Shown here: positions 1-9,099 of the stretch, piece after piece
How the letters are laid out: each line of letters begins with the position of its first letter
Numbering within the stretch: position 1 is the stretch's first letter
Assembly: GCA_003154115.1 (NCBI GenBank)
Contig: PMCF01000171.1
Coordinates: 10,903-63,675 of the forward strand
Length of the DNA stretch: 52,773 bases
DNA from: Anaerolineae bacterium
Lineage (GTDB): Bacteria > Chloroflexota > Anaerolineae > Fen-1058
Direction: 5' to 3'
The notes under the pieces: model-generated
Seen by the model: only the letters and a program-made list of their open reading frames with translations
Told to the model about the DNA's origin: nothing
Databases searched by the model: none
Made by a program: the position numbers and the translations under genes

Positions 1-20
1 GTTCAAGATGTTAGCGAACA

Positions 21-1466
21 CTACACTTTAGAGATTCTTTTTGAAATTATGCCCTTAAGTACAGCAGCGTCTTCCGGCAGGAATCCTTTCATTATCCATA
101 ACGCGGCAAAGTACACAACCACGCCAATAAATATGTTAATTATCAAATGGCTAATGCCGAGAAAAAAAATGGCGACTGCCATTAACATTGTAGACAAAAA
201 CGGGCGAAAAGCGCTTTTCATCCGAAGGGAAGGAAAAATCGTAAGGTGGATATAACCATAATTCAACGAGAAAAAGATTAAAGCCGAGCAAGAACGAGAA
301 ATTGCAGCACCAATCGCGCCGATCTGTGGAATTAATAGGACATTAAGAATTACATTAACAACAGTACTAATCAACAACATTCTTACAAGAGATTTCTGGC
401 GATCTTTTACCAACATCAAACGATTGCAAGGTTCGCCTGCAAAAAAGAACAATAGTGAAATTGACAAAATCTGCAGCACGGGGATAGCGGGAATAAATTT
501 GATTCCAAAAACTAAGGTGACAATTTGAGGAGCGAGGATGATAAGTCCCATGACCATCGGCATAGCGATAACGGTCATGTAATAAATGGATTTTCGAAAA
601 AGTGTCTCTAGCCTTTGAGGTTCATGCTGAGCATGTTGAACCATCAATGGATAAACCGCAAACCGATAAGCTTGCGCTAATACGAGGAGGCTGAATGTGA
701 CCGTTGTCGCTGCACTGTACCATCCGACTTCCACTTCACCCCGAAAAACGCTCAGCAGGATCGTATCAACCTGGCTATCCAAAGCCGTTAAGGTCGTGAT
801 TGCGCAAAAGGTCATTGCCGCCCATCGGTGCGTCTGCAGTGGGGCAAAATTTAGCCAATGAGCGCGCCGTACTCCTCCCACTTGTCGAAATGCAGGAATC
901 AAAAGCGCCACCATTCCTAAGCTACTACCAATCACCCATAACCAGGCAATAGCCATGAGACTACCGCCACGCAACAATACAATTGCGCCGACGATAATCT
1001 TAAACAGATTAACTAAGCCTAAAATCACAGCGGGCGAGCCAAAGCGCCGTCGCCCCAACAAGATTGACTGCGCAACAAAGCCTAGGCTATCAGGGATCAC
1101 ACTCAGTGTCAGGATTACAATGGCTGCTGCGGTAGGTGGAGCATAATTGGGGCCGTACTGCAAAAATACTAGCAGGACGACATACAGCCCTGCTGATAAA
1201 GCGAGGCGTAACACCAAGAAATTACCGAAATAATCAGCGATTTTCTCAGGTTCACGCCCTATCTGGCGGATTAACAAGTCATCCAGACCACGCATGATCG
1301 TAGTGATGATCAGCAGATATGTGGTTGCCAGCGAAAAAACACCGGCCTGATCGGGGCCAGCTAATCGGCCAATGAAGATAAAAATCAGCACATTGGCGAA
1401 CCGCGGCGCCACATGAAAGACCATGGCCAGCGCCGAGTGGCGTACTAGTTCAACAAAGGTTTTCAT
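21..1466 (-). CDS. wzx: Wzx/MOP-family polysaccharide flippase
   Basis: 481 aa, roughly 12-14 hydrophobic segments; motifs 'QVDTILLS..GEVEVGWYSAA' and 'LNVLLIPQIGAIGAAIS' typical of Polysacc_synt flippases; located in a glycan cluster. Confidence 0.85.
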   Translation of the reverse strand: MKTFVELVRHSALAMVFHVAPRFANVLIFIFIGRLAGPDQAGVFSLATTYLLIITTIMRGLDDLLIRQIGREPEKIADYFGNFLVLRLALSAGLYVVLLVFLQYGPNYAPPTAAAIVILTLSVIPDSLGFVAQSILLGRRRFGSPAVILGLVNLFKIIVGAIVLLRGGSLMAIAWLWVIGSSLGMVALLIPAFRQVGGVRRAHWLNFAPLQTHRWAAMTFCAITTLTALDSQVDTILLSVFRGEVEVGWYSAATTVTFSLLVLAQAYRFAVYPLMVQHAQHEPQRLETLFRKSIYYMTVIAMPMVMGLIILAPQIVTLVFGIKFIPAIPVLQILSISLLFFFAGEPCNRLMLVKDRQKSLVRMLLISTVVNVILNVLLIPQIGAIGAAISRSCSALIFFSLNYGYIHLTIFPSLRMKSAFRPFLSTMLMAVAIFFLGISHLIINIFIGVVVYFAALWIMKGFLPEDAAVLKGIISKRISKV

Positions 1467-1485
1467 CGTGCCCCAACTCTATCTC

Positions 1486-2445
1486 TCATCGTGACGGCTG
1501 GCCGATGTATTGCGCAAAGACCGAAATGACCGGCCCGGTTTTGCGCCAATTCACAAATGAAAACCACGGCTCAAATAGCAATCGCACGCCCGGGAACGTC
1601 AACACGCGCATAATGGGCTTTACCCAACGCGGATGTTCAGCGGCCAGCTTGCGCTGTACACTCAAGATCCACGTGAAAAAGCCAGGCATAAAACATTCCC
1701 ACGCCAATACACGAAATCCAGCTTGCAACAGCATCGTCGTCAACGTCTCGCGTGAAAAGATATACAAATGGCGCGGGGTATCGAAGCCTTGCCAGTAAGG
1801 ACCATACGGACGGCGATCGAAGCTGTCCCAGTTGGGAACATTGATTGCAACCAAGCCACCCGGTTTAAGCAAATGTGCTGCCCGCTTCAGTTCGTTAGTC
1901 GGCGAAAAAGTATGCTCTAACACATCCCAAAACGTGATCACGTCAAACGCTTGTGCTGCAAACGGATCTTCGCCCAACAAACCCTGGAACACTTCCAACC
2001 CGAACCGTTGTCGGGCAAAATTCGCAGCCGATTGGACCGGCTCAACCCCCGCAGCCGACCAGCCGGCCAGCTGCATTTCGTGCAGGAAAAGGCCAGTCGC
2101 ACATCCCACATCCAACACACGCCCGCTGTTATGCCCACCGTATTTCTCGATCAACTGCCGTCGCTTGATTAACTTACGTCGTCGCATGTAACGCATGATG
2201 CCCAAGCGTTCATCTTCGATAGGAGGACGATAGGGCATATAATCTGGCGGATAATAATCGCTCAACGAAGCAGCTGTGGGACGCGGGCTCAGATATATCA
2301 GCCCGCACTGCAGGCAACGCCGCAGGGTAAACTTGCCTGGCAGGTGATGCAGGGTATCCGTCAAAACATACAAGTCGGTGTTCTCGCGCGAATGACACAG
2401 GTCACACGCGACTTCTTTCAGTTGAGGGGCTGTTGTCACTGACAT
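1486..2445 (-). CDS. Class I SAM-dependent methyltransferase with N-terminal Cys-rich (CDLC...CLQC) region
   Basis: Motif I 'VLDVGCATG', 'FDVITFWDVLEH'; start placed at ATG 2445 (MSVTTAP), which overlaps the upstream stop, rather than the track start at 2502. Confidence 0.85.
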   Translation of the reverse strand: MSVTTAPQLKEVACDLCHSRENTDLYVLTDTLHHLPGKFTLRRCLQCGLIYLSPRPTAASLSDYYPPDYMPYRPPIEDERLGIMRYMRRRKLIKRRQLIEKYGGHNSGRVLDVGCATGLFLHEMQLAGWSAAGVEPVQSAANFARQRFGLEVFQGLLGEDPFAAQAFDVITFWDVLEHTFSPTNELKRAAHLLKPGGLVAINVPNWDSFDRRPYGPYWQGFDTPRHLYIFSRETLTTMLLQAGFRVLAWECFMPGFFTWILSVQRKLAAEHPRWVKPIMRVLTFPGVRLLFEPWFSFVNWRKTGPVISVFAQYIGQPSR

Positions 2446-3614
2446 GCTTGATTCAACACATCCTCGTAAAATCTCTCCAACCGATTGGCGATCTGCTCCC
2501 ACCGAAATTCACGCTCGGCAAAGTCACGACCACGTTGCCCCATGGCAGTAAGGTCGCGAGAATCACGCCAGAGTGCGAACGTCTTTTCCGCCAGATCGTC
2601 GGGAGTATCCTGGCACAATACACCAAACTCGCCCTGCTGCACCCATTTGACCACATCGCCTACAGCAGTCGCTACGACCGGTTTACCCACGGCCATGTAA
2701 TCGCTAAGTTTCATGGGGAACCGGCCGCGATTTGCGCCGCTGTCGCACAATGGCAACCAGCAGACATCGCAAGCCGCCAGATAAACATTGATCTGTTCGT
2801 AACTGAGCGGCCCCGTGCGGATGACGGCTTCAGGAACACGCACGAGATTCTCCAGCGCAATATTGCAGTACCCGGCGACCAACAACCGTGCGCGTGGCTC
2901 TTGCTGCCGCACTCGATCAAAGGCTTGCGTCAACAATTGGGCATCACGTTGAAAGATCGCACCCAGATAACCAATCACCCGATCATCGGGCGACCAGCCG
3001 AGTTGCTGACGCGACTCTTGTTGCGATAAGGGATGCAGCACATCCACATCACTGCCATTGGGTAGATCAAAGATTTGAGAAGCGGGAATTCCTAATCGAG
3101 TGGCCCGCTCGCGCAGGGTCGAGTTGATCACCGTGGTGCCGTCAGCCCTGGATCGAAAATGATCCTCAAAGTATGTTTCAACTGGTCGCAGCACAGTTCG
3201 AGTGAGGGGATTGGGGCGTTCTTCTACCGATCCCCCTTTGCCAAACCAATCACACCAGTCGAGGATCAGCTTTGCCCCGCGCCGCTGCCAGGCGAGCGCA
3301 GGATAAATCACAGTAGGCCGCGACTCAAAAGCATGTACCAGATCGAACTTCTGCTCGCGTCGCCAGCGCAAGCGCATCCATGTGTTGAAAGGATCCCAAC
3401 CAGAGCGTAAAGCTCCGCGCATCCAATCGGATGACTCCACCAACGTCACGCCAATTTGCTTATCAGCCGAAGTAACGAAGTGCCGCCGTTCCTTTGGCGC
3501 AGTAGACATCACCGTCAGCGTGTGGCCGTGACGCGCCAATCCGCGCGCCAATTTCAAAGCTCGCCAATAGGTGCCCTTGCCTGTGACCCCAAAACAGATC
3601 ATCAGGATATTCAC
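2436..3614 (-). CDS. GT4 family glycosyltransferase
   Basis: GT-B pattern 'LARGLARHGHTLTV' and C-terminal 'FPMKLSDYMAVGKPVVATAVGD'. Confidence 0.9.
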   Translation of the reverse strand: MNILMICFGVTGKGTYWRALKLARGLARHGHTLTVMSTAPKERRHFVTSADKQIGVTLVESSDWMRGALRSGWDPFNTWMRLRWRREQKFDLVHAFESRPTVIYPALAWQRRGAKLILDWCDWFGKGGSVEERPNPLTRTVLRPVETYFEDHFRSRADGTTVINSTLRERATRLGIPASQIFDLPNGSDVDVLHPLSQQESRQQLGWSPDDRVIGYLGAIFQRDAQLLTQAFDRVRQQEPRARLLVAGYCNIALENLVRVPEAVIRTGPLSYEQINVYLAACDVCWLPLCDSGANRGRFPMKLSDYMAVGKPVVATAVGDVVKWVQQGEFGVLCQDTPDDLAEKTFALWRDSRDLTAMGQRGRDFAEREFRWEQIANRLERFYEDVLNQACQ

Positions 3615-4552
3615 AACCGCTCACCTGTTGTTACGATGGACATCCGCCACCCATCACGCAGACCACGCCAATAAGCACCGACCGAAGATGCGCGTCCCCG
3701 TTTGATCAGGCGGAACGTCGTCTTCACGGCACTACCTAGTCGATACGGGATCACAATCAGCCACTTCCAGCCCCGCACGTATTTGCGAAAATATCGCACG
3801 CTATGCCGCGCCATAAGATACCGTTCACGCGGCGAACCAGAACCGCCGCCGCTGGCCGAAACCTTGTGCCACATCTTCGCGCTTGGCACCAATAACAGCC
3901 GCAGCCCGGCGCGCCGGGCCCGTACACACACATCCGTATCTTCATAGTAAATGGGATGGAAGCCAGTGTCGAACATCCCTACTTCTTCCAACATCCGGCG
4001 CGTAATCAGCATGGCACAGCCCACCAGGAAGTCGCGCTCGATAACATCTTCCCACTGTCCTATATCGATCTGGTTGTCGCCCTTGTGCGTTATCTCAAGC
4101 GTAATCGGATGACAGTCGCCGCCCACCGACCAGATCCGGTTCGGCTCGGCGAAATAGTAAATCTTAGGAGACAGCATTCCCACATTTGGCAGTCCCGCAT
4201 ACGCCATCAGTTCGTTGAGCATATCGGGCTGCACGATGGTATCGTTGTTCATCACCAACACGAACTCGGCACCGTGCTGATAGGCATAGCGGATACCCGC
4301 ATTAAATCCGCCTTGGAAGCCCAGGTTTTGCGCATTGACCAACAGTTCCACCGCCGGATATTGAATCGTGATCGCGTCCACCGTCCCATCGGTTGAGCCA
4401 TTGTCAACCACTAATATCCGGAAGTTCGGATAAGTGAGCTCGTGCAATGAGGCCAGGCAATCCAGCGTATCCCGGCATTGATTCCAGGTCAATGTAATCA
4501 CATAGACCAGCGGCGATACCGCCCAATGCATTCGTTCGATCTTAGCCATCAC
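3611..4552 (-). CDS. GT2 family glycosyltransferase (rhamnosyltransferase-like)
   Basis: 'VVDNGSTDG', 'NLGFQGGFN', 'MNNDT', 'YYEDTD' motifs. Confidence 0.9.
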   Translation of the reverse strand: MMAKIERMHWAVSPLVYVITLTWNQCRDTLDCLASLHELTYPNFRILVVDNGSTDGTVDAITIQYPAVELLVNAQNLGFQGGFNAGIRYAYQHGAEFVLVMNNDTIVQPDMLNELMAYAGLPNVGMLSPKIYYFAEPNRIWSVGGDCHPITLEITHKGDNQIDIGQWEDVIERDFLVGCAMLITRRMLEEVGMFDTGFHPIYYEDTDVCVRARRAGLRLLLVPSAKMWHKVSASGGGSGSPRERYLMARHSVRYFRKYVRGWKWLIVIPYRLGSAVKTTFRLIKRGRASSVGAYWRGLRDGWRMSIVTTGERL

Positions 4553-4575
4553 ACACCAATCGCACTGCTCTACCT

Positions 4576-6267
4576 TTACAAGTAACCCAAGTCCTTTAAG
4601 TGCTGCGTAATAAGCGCTTCTTCTTCCGGCGTATAGTCATGCTCCGTGGCGGCTTGCTTCAGTTTAAGCGGAGTTTCAAACGTAGCCTGCTCGGGGCTGT
4701 TTGCCACGACAGCCAACGCGCGGCCATCCATGATCTCGGGCACGGGCAAATTCAATAGCTTGAGAATGGTAGGAGCCAGATCGAGCAGGCGTGCACCCGT
4801 AATCCGCTCCCCCGATCGGATCGCGGCGCCCCACAGGATCAAAATTCCCTCGGGGCGATGTGTGCCACTCAACGGTTGATCGCTGAAATCGAATTGGCGC
4901 TGCGCCTCAAAGACCGGTGTCTGATTCCCGTACAGGCCGCGTCCCCAGCAGGCATGATCGCGCCAGCGTACAATCAAGTCGGGCGCGTACTCCAATTCCT
5001 CGCCGTGATAAATCTCTTCGCGGCGATGAACACACGCGACGATCGGCGCGCCCGTTTCCGGATCACTCAGTTGTTGCAACTGTGCGATCAGTTCCGTTCG
5101 CACCTGTTCATATTCTGCGCCCGGCTGTATCACGCCCTGCGGTTCGCGTCCCGCCAGGTTCACAAAGATATTGCCGCCCGCGCCTAGTGAATAAGCCCGC
5201 GTTTGGGTCCAATCCACCACGGCCGTCACCAGCGCCGATTCAAACTCGCCCTTCAAGCGATGAAAGCGCTGCGCACCTAAACGGACGCGAATCGCTTCGC
5301 GCCACGAGGACGGCAGCATGCGCTTGTAAGCGTGCATCAACCGCTGCATACTCCTGGCACGCGCGTTCTTCAAGGCGCCAGTTTTTTCCGTCTGGAATTT
5401 CAGATAGCCGGCCTCGGCCAACCATTGATTCAAATTGATCATCCAGCGCAGGTCGCCCGCACCGTGATCGGACAAGATCATGACCGTGGTTGGGCGGCCC
5501 GTACCGTCGTTGGCGGCAAGCTCGATCAGGTGGCCGATCATCCGATCGATGCGTTGATAGACCTCACGGATCACATCGCGATAAGGCGCCAGCGGATCAT
5601 CATCCGCCACCGTCAGGCATTGCCAGAACGTATGCTGCACTTCATCCGTCGCCATGGTCACTACCGCGCAGACATCCCAGAGTTGTGTCTGCATCAAATG
5701 CGCGGCCACGTTTTCGCGCAGTTCCACTTCGTGCAGCAAAGCCTGGGCATATGCCGCGCGCGGATCGGTCGCGCGTGGATTGTATTCGGTCAAGATAAAA
5801 TAGTCGGGCGCAAGCGCCTTGATCGTTTCAAATAGCTCGGGGGGATAGACCACCTCGCGCGTGAAGGCCGGCGCGAACGGTCCGCCGACCATGACACCAT
5901 TCACGGCGCGTGGCGGAAAAGTGTACGGCATGTTTACGCTGATCACGCGCTGCCCATACTGGCTGGCAATCTCAAAAAACGTCGGCGCCTTAACATGGGT
6001 GGAGTTGGTCACTTCGACGTTGTAACTACCGGCGCGGCGGCGCACAAAATCATACAGGCCATGCTGACCTTGATTCACGCCGGTCATGAAGGTTGTCCAG
6101 GCTGGCGCTGTAGTGGGTTGCAAAGTGGAAGCCAGCGGGCCATGCGCTCCTTCTGCCATCAAGCGTGCCAGCTGGGGCAGATAACCTTGCGCCGCCCAGG
6201 GCTCAATCAGATCGAATGTGGCACTATCCAAACCGATAATCAAAACGCGTGGGGCTAACTCAGTCAA
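4576..6267 (-). CDS. Alkaline phosphatase superfamily protein (type I phosphodiesterase / nucleotide pyrophosphatase-like)
   Basis: 'IIGLDSA', 'TAPAWTTFMTG..HGLYDF', 'LSDHG', 'SGTHRPEG', C-terminal 'LKDLGYL'. Confidence 0.85.
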   Translation of the reverse strand: MTELAPRVLIIGLDSATFDLIEPWAAQGYLPQLARLMAEGAHGPLASTLQPTTAPAWTTFMTGVNQGQHGLYDFVRRRAGSYNVEVTNSTHVKAPTFFEIASQYGQRVISVNMPYTFPPRAVNGVMVGGPFAPAFTREVVYPPELFETIKALAPDYFILTEYNPRATDPRAAYAQALLHEVELRENVAAHLMQTQLWDVCAVVTMATDEVQHTFWQCLTVADDDPLAPYRDVIREVYQRIDRMIGHLIELAANDGTGRPTTVMILSDHGAGDLRWMINLNQWLAEAGYLKFQTEKTGALKNARARSMQRLMHAYKRMLPSSWREAIRVRLGAQRFHRLKGEFESALVTAVVDWTQTRAYSLGAGGNIFVNLAGREPQGVIQPGAEYEQVRTELIAQLQQLSDPETGAPIVACVHRREEIYHGEELEYAPDLIVRWRDHACWGRGLYGNQTPVFEAQRQFDFSDQPLSGTHRPEGILILWGAAIRSGERITGARLLDLAPTILKLLNLPVPEIMDGRALAVVANSPEQATFETPLKLKQAATEHDYTPEEEALITQHLKDLGYL

Positions 6268-6294
6268 ACGACTTCTCCTACCTTCATGATCAAC

Positions 6295-7293
6295 TTAGCT
6301 GCGCTGGGCGACAGCGATGTGGCTGGGCGCGATGCGAGCCGTCAAGACGCGCAGCGGCTTCATCCGATTGACCTTCTCGGCCACAGCGCCTGCAGCACCG
6401 GTCGCGCCGTATGCTGCGGCTTCCGGCAACGTAATGCAATAGCGAGTTCCAAACGTCGCGCGCAGCGCACGTGACAGATCGCCATAAGATAATAGATACG
6501 TATGCGTTGCGGCGTAATCCACGCCGATGCGCCAGCGCACATAGGTCTCCATCCAACGACGCGGCAGCATCCCCACCCAACGCAAGCCGACATGCGGCTC
6601 TTTGAAAAAAAGATCAAAACGATTGCGTGAATCTCCCGTGAAAACACCCTGCGGCTTGAGCGTCCGCCGTACTTCGCCCAACATCTGCGCGGGCGTAAAT
6701 ACATGCTCCAGCACGTTGATGGCCATCGCAAAATCAAACATCTCCGCGGCAAAGGGCAGCTGATGCGCCGAGGCATGCACCAATTGAACGTTAGTCAAGC
6801 CCGCCTGTTCCACGACTTTGCGCGCAATCAACAGTGAAGACAGACTGATATCCAAGCCCACCACGCGTTCATAGTCTTGCGCCAACGCCAGCAAACCGCC
6901 GCCGATGCCACACCCAATATCCAATGCGACGCAACGCTCTGCCGTTGACCAGCCTTGTTGCCGCACACGCTCTTGAAACATGCGATAAAACGCCGGGCCG
7001 CGCTCGCGCAACGTGCGATGATACTGATTGTAAACGGTTCGACGATCTTCATTCGTCGCGCCGATCGCCAATCGTGCCGCCGACATTTCCTCAATGGTCG
7101 CCGTCGGATACATCGCAACCAGACGCGCGATCAGCTCACGCTCCTGCGGCTCGGGTTCGATCTCGCTTCCCCCCAGACTGGGAATGCCTAGCGTGACGGC
7201 AAAGGCCCGTCCGCACACCGGGCACGCGTCTGGTTCATTCAGGACTGGCATTGCGGCCCGACAAGCGGGACAGGCATACAGAATCACACTCAT
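6295..7293 (-). CDS. SAM-dependent methyltransferase with N-terminal Trm112-like Zn-ribbon
   Basis: N-terminal CPAC...CPVC; 'LDIGCGIGG'; 'LPFAAEMFD..INVLEHV'. Confidence 0.85.
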   Translation of the reverse strand: MSVILYACPACRAAMPVLNEPDACPVCGRAFAVTLGIPSLGGSEIEPEPQERELIARLVAMYPTATIEEMSAARLAIGATNEDRRTVYNQYHRTLRERGPAFYRMFQERVRQQGWSTAERCVALDIGCGIGGGLLALAQDYERVVGLDISLSSLLIARKVVEQAGLTNVQLVHASAHQLPFAAEMFDFAMAINVLEHVFTPAQMLGEVRRTLKPQGVFTGDSRNRFDLFFKEPHVGLRWVGMLPRRWMETYVRWRIGVDYAATHTYLLSYGDLSRALRATFGTRYCITLPEAAAYGATGAAGAVAEKVNRMKPLRVLTARIAPSHIAVAQRS

Positions 7294-7308
7294 ACGTAGC
7301 TCGATAAC

Positions 7309-8508
7309 TCAACGTGCGACATCATTCATTCCATCGCTTAACAAGAGCGCCTCGATCAGGTATTGCCAGCCATAGCGATCGGCTTGCCGCACGATCGCGT
7401 TCCGAAAATCCGCGGCACACTCTTCTTGAAAGAAGCGCGTCATGGCGCGACTTAGACCAGTCACGTCGCCCGGTTCAATCAAGAAACCGGTCACTCCCTC
7501 GACCACGGTTTCATCCATCCCGCCGGTGCGCGTGGCTACGACCGGGACGCCCAATCCGAGCGCCAATTTTAACACAGCGCTGCCGGTCGCTTCACGATAA
7601 GGCAGTACGGCTAGATCGGCCGCCGCGAAATAACAGGCCGCTTCGTCATTGGACACATAGCGATCGACAAACTGCACTTTAGTCTGCAAATCCAGTTCTG
7701 CTACACGTAAACGATAGACTGTCGCATCACCCCAAATCTCGCCCACTACTAACAGCGTGGCCTCAACCTCCGCCAGGAAAGCCGGCAGAGCATCAATCAA
7801 ATCGAGCAAGCCCTTATAAGGCCGCACTAGGCCGAAAAACAGAATGACATTCCCCGTTAGGCCTAAGTGTCCCCGGGCGCTTTCGCGTGTCCAGGCGTTA
7901 GTCTGAAACGCCGCGTAAGAAGGCAATGAAACCACGCGCGTTATACAGCCGGGCAGCAATTCCTGTGCCACCGCCTGTTGCGCCGTGCTGTGCACGATCA
8001 ATTGATCAGCGTGACGCAAGGCCAGCCGCGCCAGAAACCGATCGATGCGACTACGCTCGTGCGGCAGGACATTGTGGCAGATCACGCTCGATCGGATGTG
8101 GGTGCGCCGCGCACGCGACAATAACCACGCCGTCATCGGCGCCATGAATGGTATCCACCATTGCACCACCACCCGATCGGGTTGCCACATCTTCCAGTCG
8201 TTTACCACGCGCTGCCAACTGAAGGGCCACCAGGGAATCAGCCAACGCCGGGCCTCGATCGGAGCAAGCGGTTGAGCCGAAGGATCGATCTGGCTGCGCC
8301 CCGGAAAGAGCCAGTTGGGATACTGCTGTCGAAAACTGTAGAGCCGTGTGTCGCAGTGACTGCCGAGCTGAGCAGTGAGCAGCGTGGTGTAATGAGCAAT
8401 TCCACCGCGAAAAGGATAGGTTGGACCAACAACGGCAATTCGCATCATGCTTCGCTCAGGCAATACCTCGAAAGTTGTGGGGCTCCCTTGATCGAGGAAG
8501 AGTGACAT
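7309..8508 (-). CDS. GT4 family glycosyltransferase
   Basis: 'VGPTYPFRGGIAHY', 'FFGLVRPYKG', 'LPYREATGS'; start is either ATG 8508 (TGATG coupling) or about 8448. Confidence 0.9.
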   Translation of the reverse strand: MSLFLDQGSPTTFEVLPERSMMRIAVVGPTYPFRGGIAHYTTLLTAQLGSHCDTRLYSFRQQYPNWLFPGRSQIDPSAQPLAPIEARRWLIPWWPFSWQRVVNDWKMWQPDRVVVQWWIPFMAPMTAWLLSRARRTHIRSSVICHNVLPHERSRIDRFLARLALRHADQLIVHSTAQQAVAQELLPGCITRVVSLPSYAAFQTNAWTRESARGHLGLTGNVILFFGLVRPYKGLLDLIDALPAFLAEVEATLLVVGEIWGDATVYRLRVAELDLQTKVQFVDRYVSNDEAACYFAAADLAVLPYREATGSAVLKLALGLGVPVVATRTGGMDETVVEGVTGFLIEPGDVTGLSRAMTRFFQEECAADFRNAIVRQADRYGWQYLIEALLLSDGMNDVAR

Positions 8509-9077
8509 CAACGCCCGCGGCAGACGACCAGCTGGTTGATGCCCAGTTCAAAGTGCCTAAAGGCGACAATCTCAAAGCCGCACTCCGCCAGGAGCTCACA
8601 CAGGGCGCGTCGATCGTAGATCTGGACATGCTGCACGACGTGTTCCGGGTAGAACAGCTTCACGCGGCTGCCGACGCGGTGCACCCAATCGCCCAGCGGC
8701 GAGGGGGTGGTCAGCAAGAGATAACCGTCCGGAGCCAGATGGGGGCGCACGTCGCGCAGCGTCTCGCGCGGAAAATTCAAATGTTCCAACACGGCCATCA
8801 CCAACACGGTGTTAAACGGCTGGTCGTCCAACGGCATGGGTGCCCGGCCTAGATCGCACTGATAAAACGCGTGCTGCGGATAACGCTCGCGTGAAATCCG
8901 AATCGCTGCGGGCACGACGTCGACGCCCACGTAGCGTTGATCGGGCGAAAGCCGATCAGGTAAACGTGTAAAGCCGCAGCCAATATCGAGTACGCGCCCT
9001 CGCGCGTAAGGTAACACCATGCGCCAGCGCTGCTCCACTGCGTAACCCGATAGTAATGGTTTCATCGTGCCGTTCAT
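8508..9077 (-). CDS. Class I SAM-dependent methyltransferase
   Basis: 'VLDIGCG', 'MAVLEHL', 'LAPDGYLLLTTP'. Confidence 0.85.
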   Translation of the reverse strand: MNGTMKPLLSGYAVEQRWRMVLPYARGRVLDIGCGFTRLPDRLSPDQRYVGVDVVPAAIRISRERYPQHAFYQCDLGRAPMPLDDQPFNTVLVMAVLEHLNFPRETLRDVRPHLAPDGYLLLTTPSPLGDWVHRVGSRVKLFYPEHVVQHVQIYDRRALCELLAECGFEIVAFRHFELGINQLVVCRGR

Positions 9078-9099
9078 CGCCCTTTCTGCGAACGGTCAC

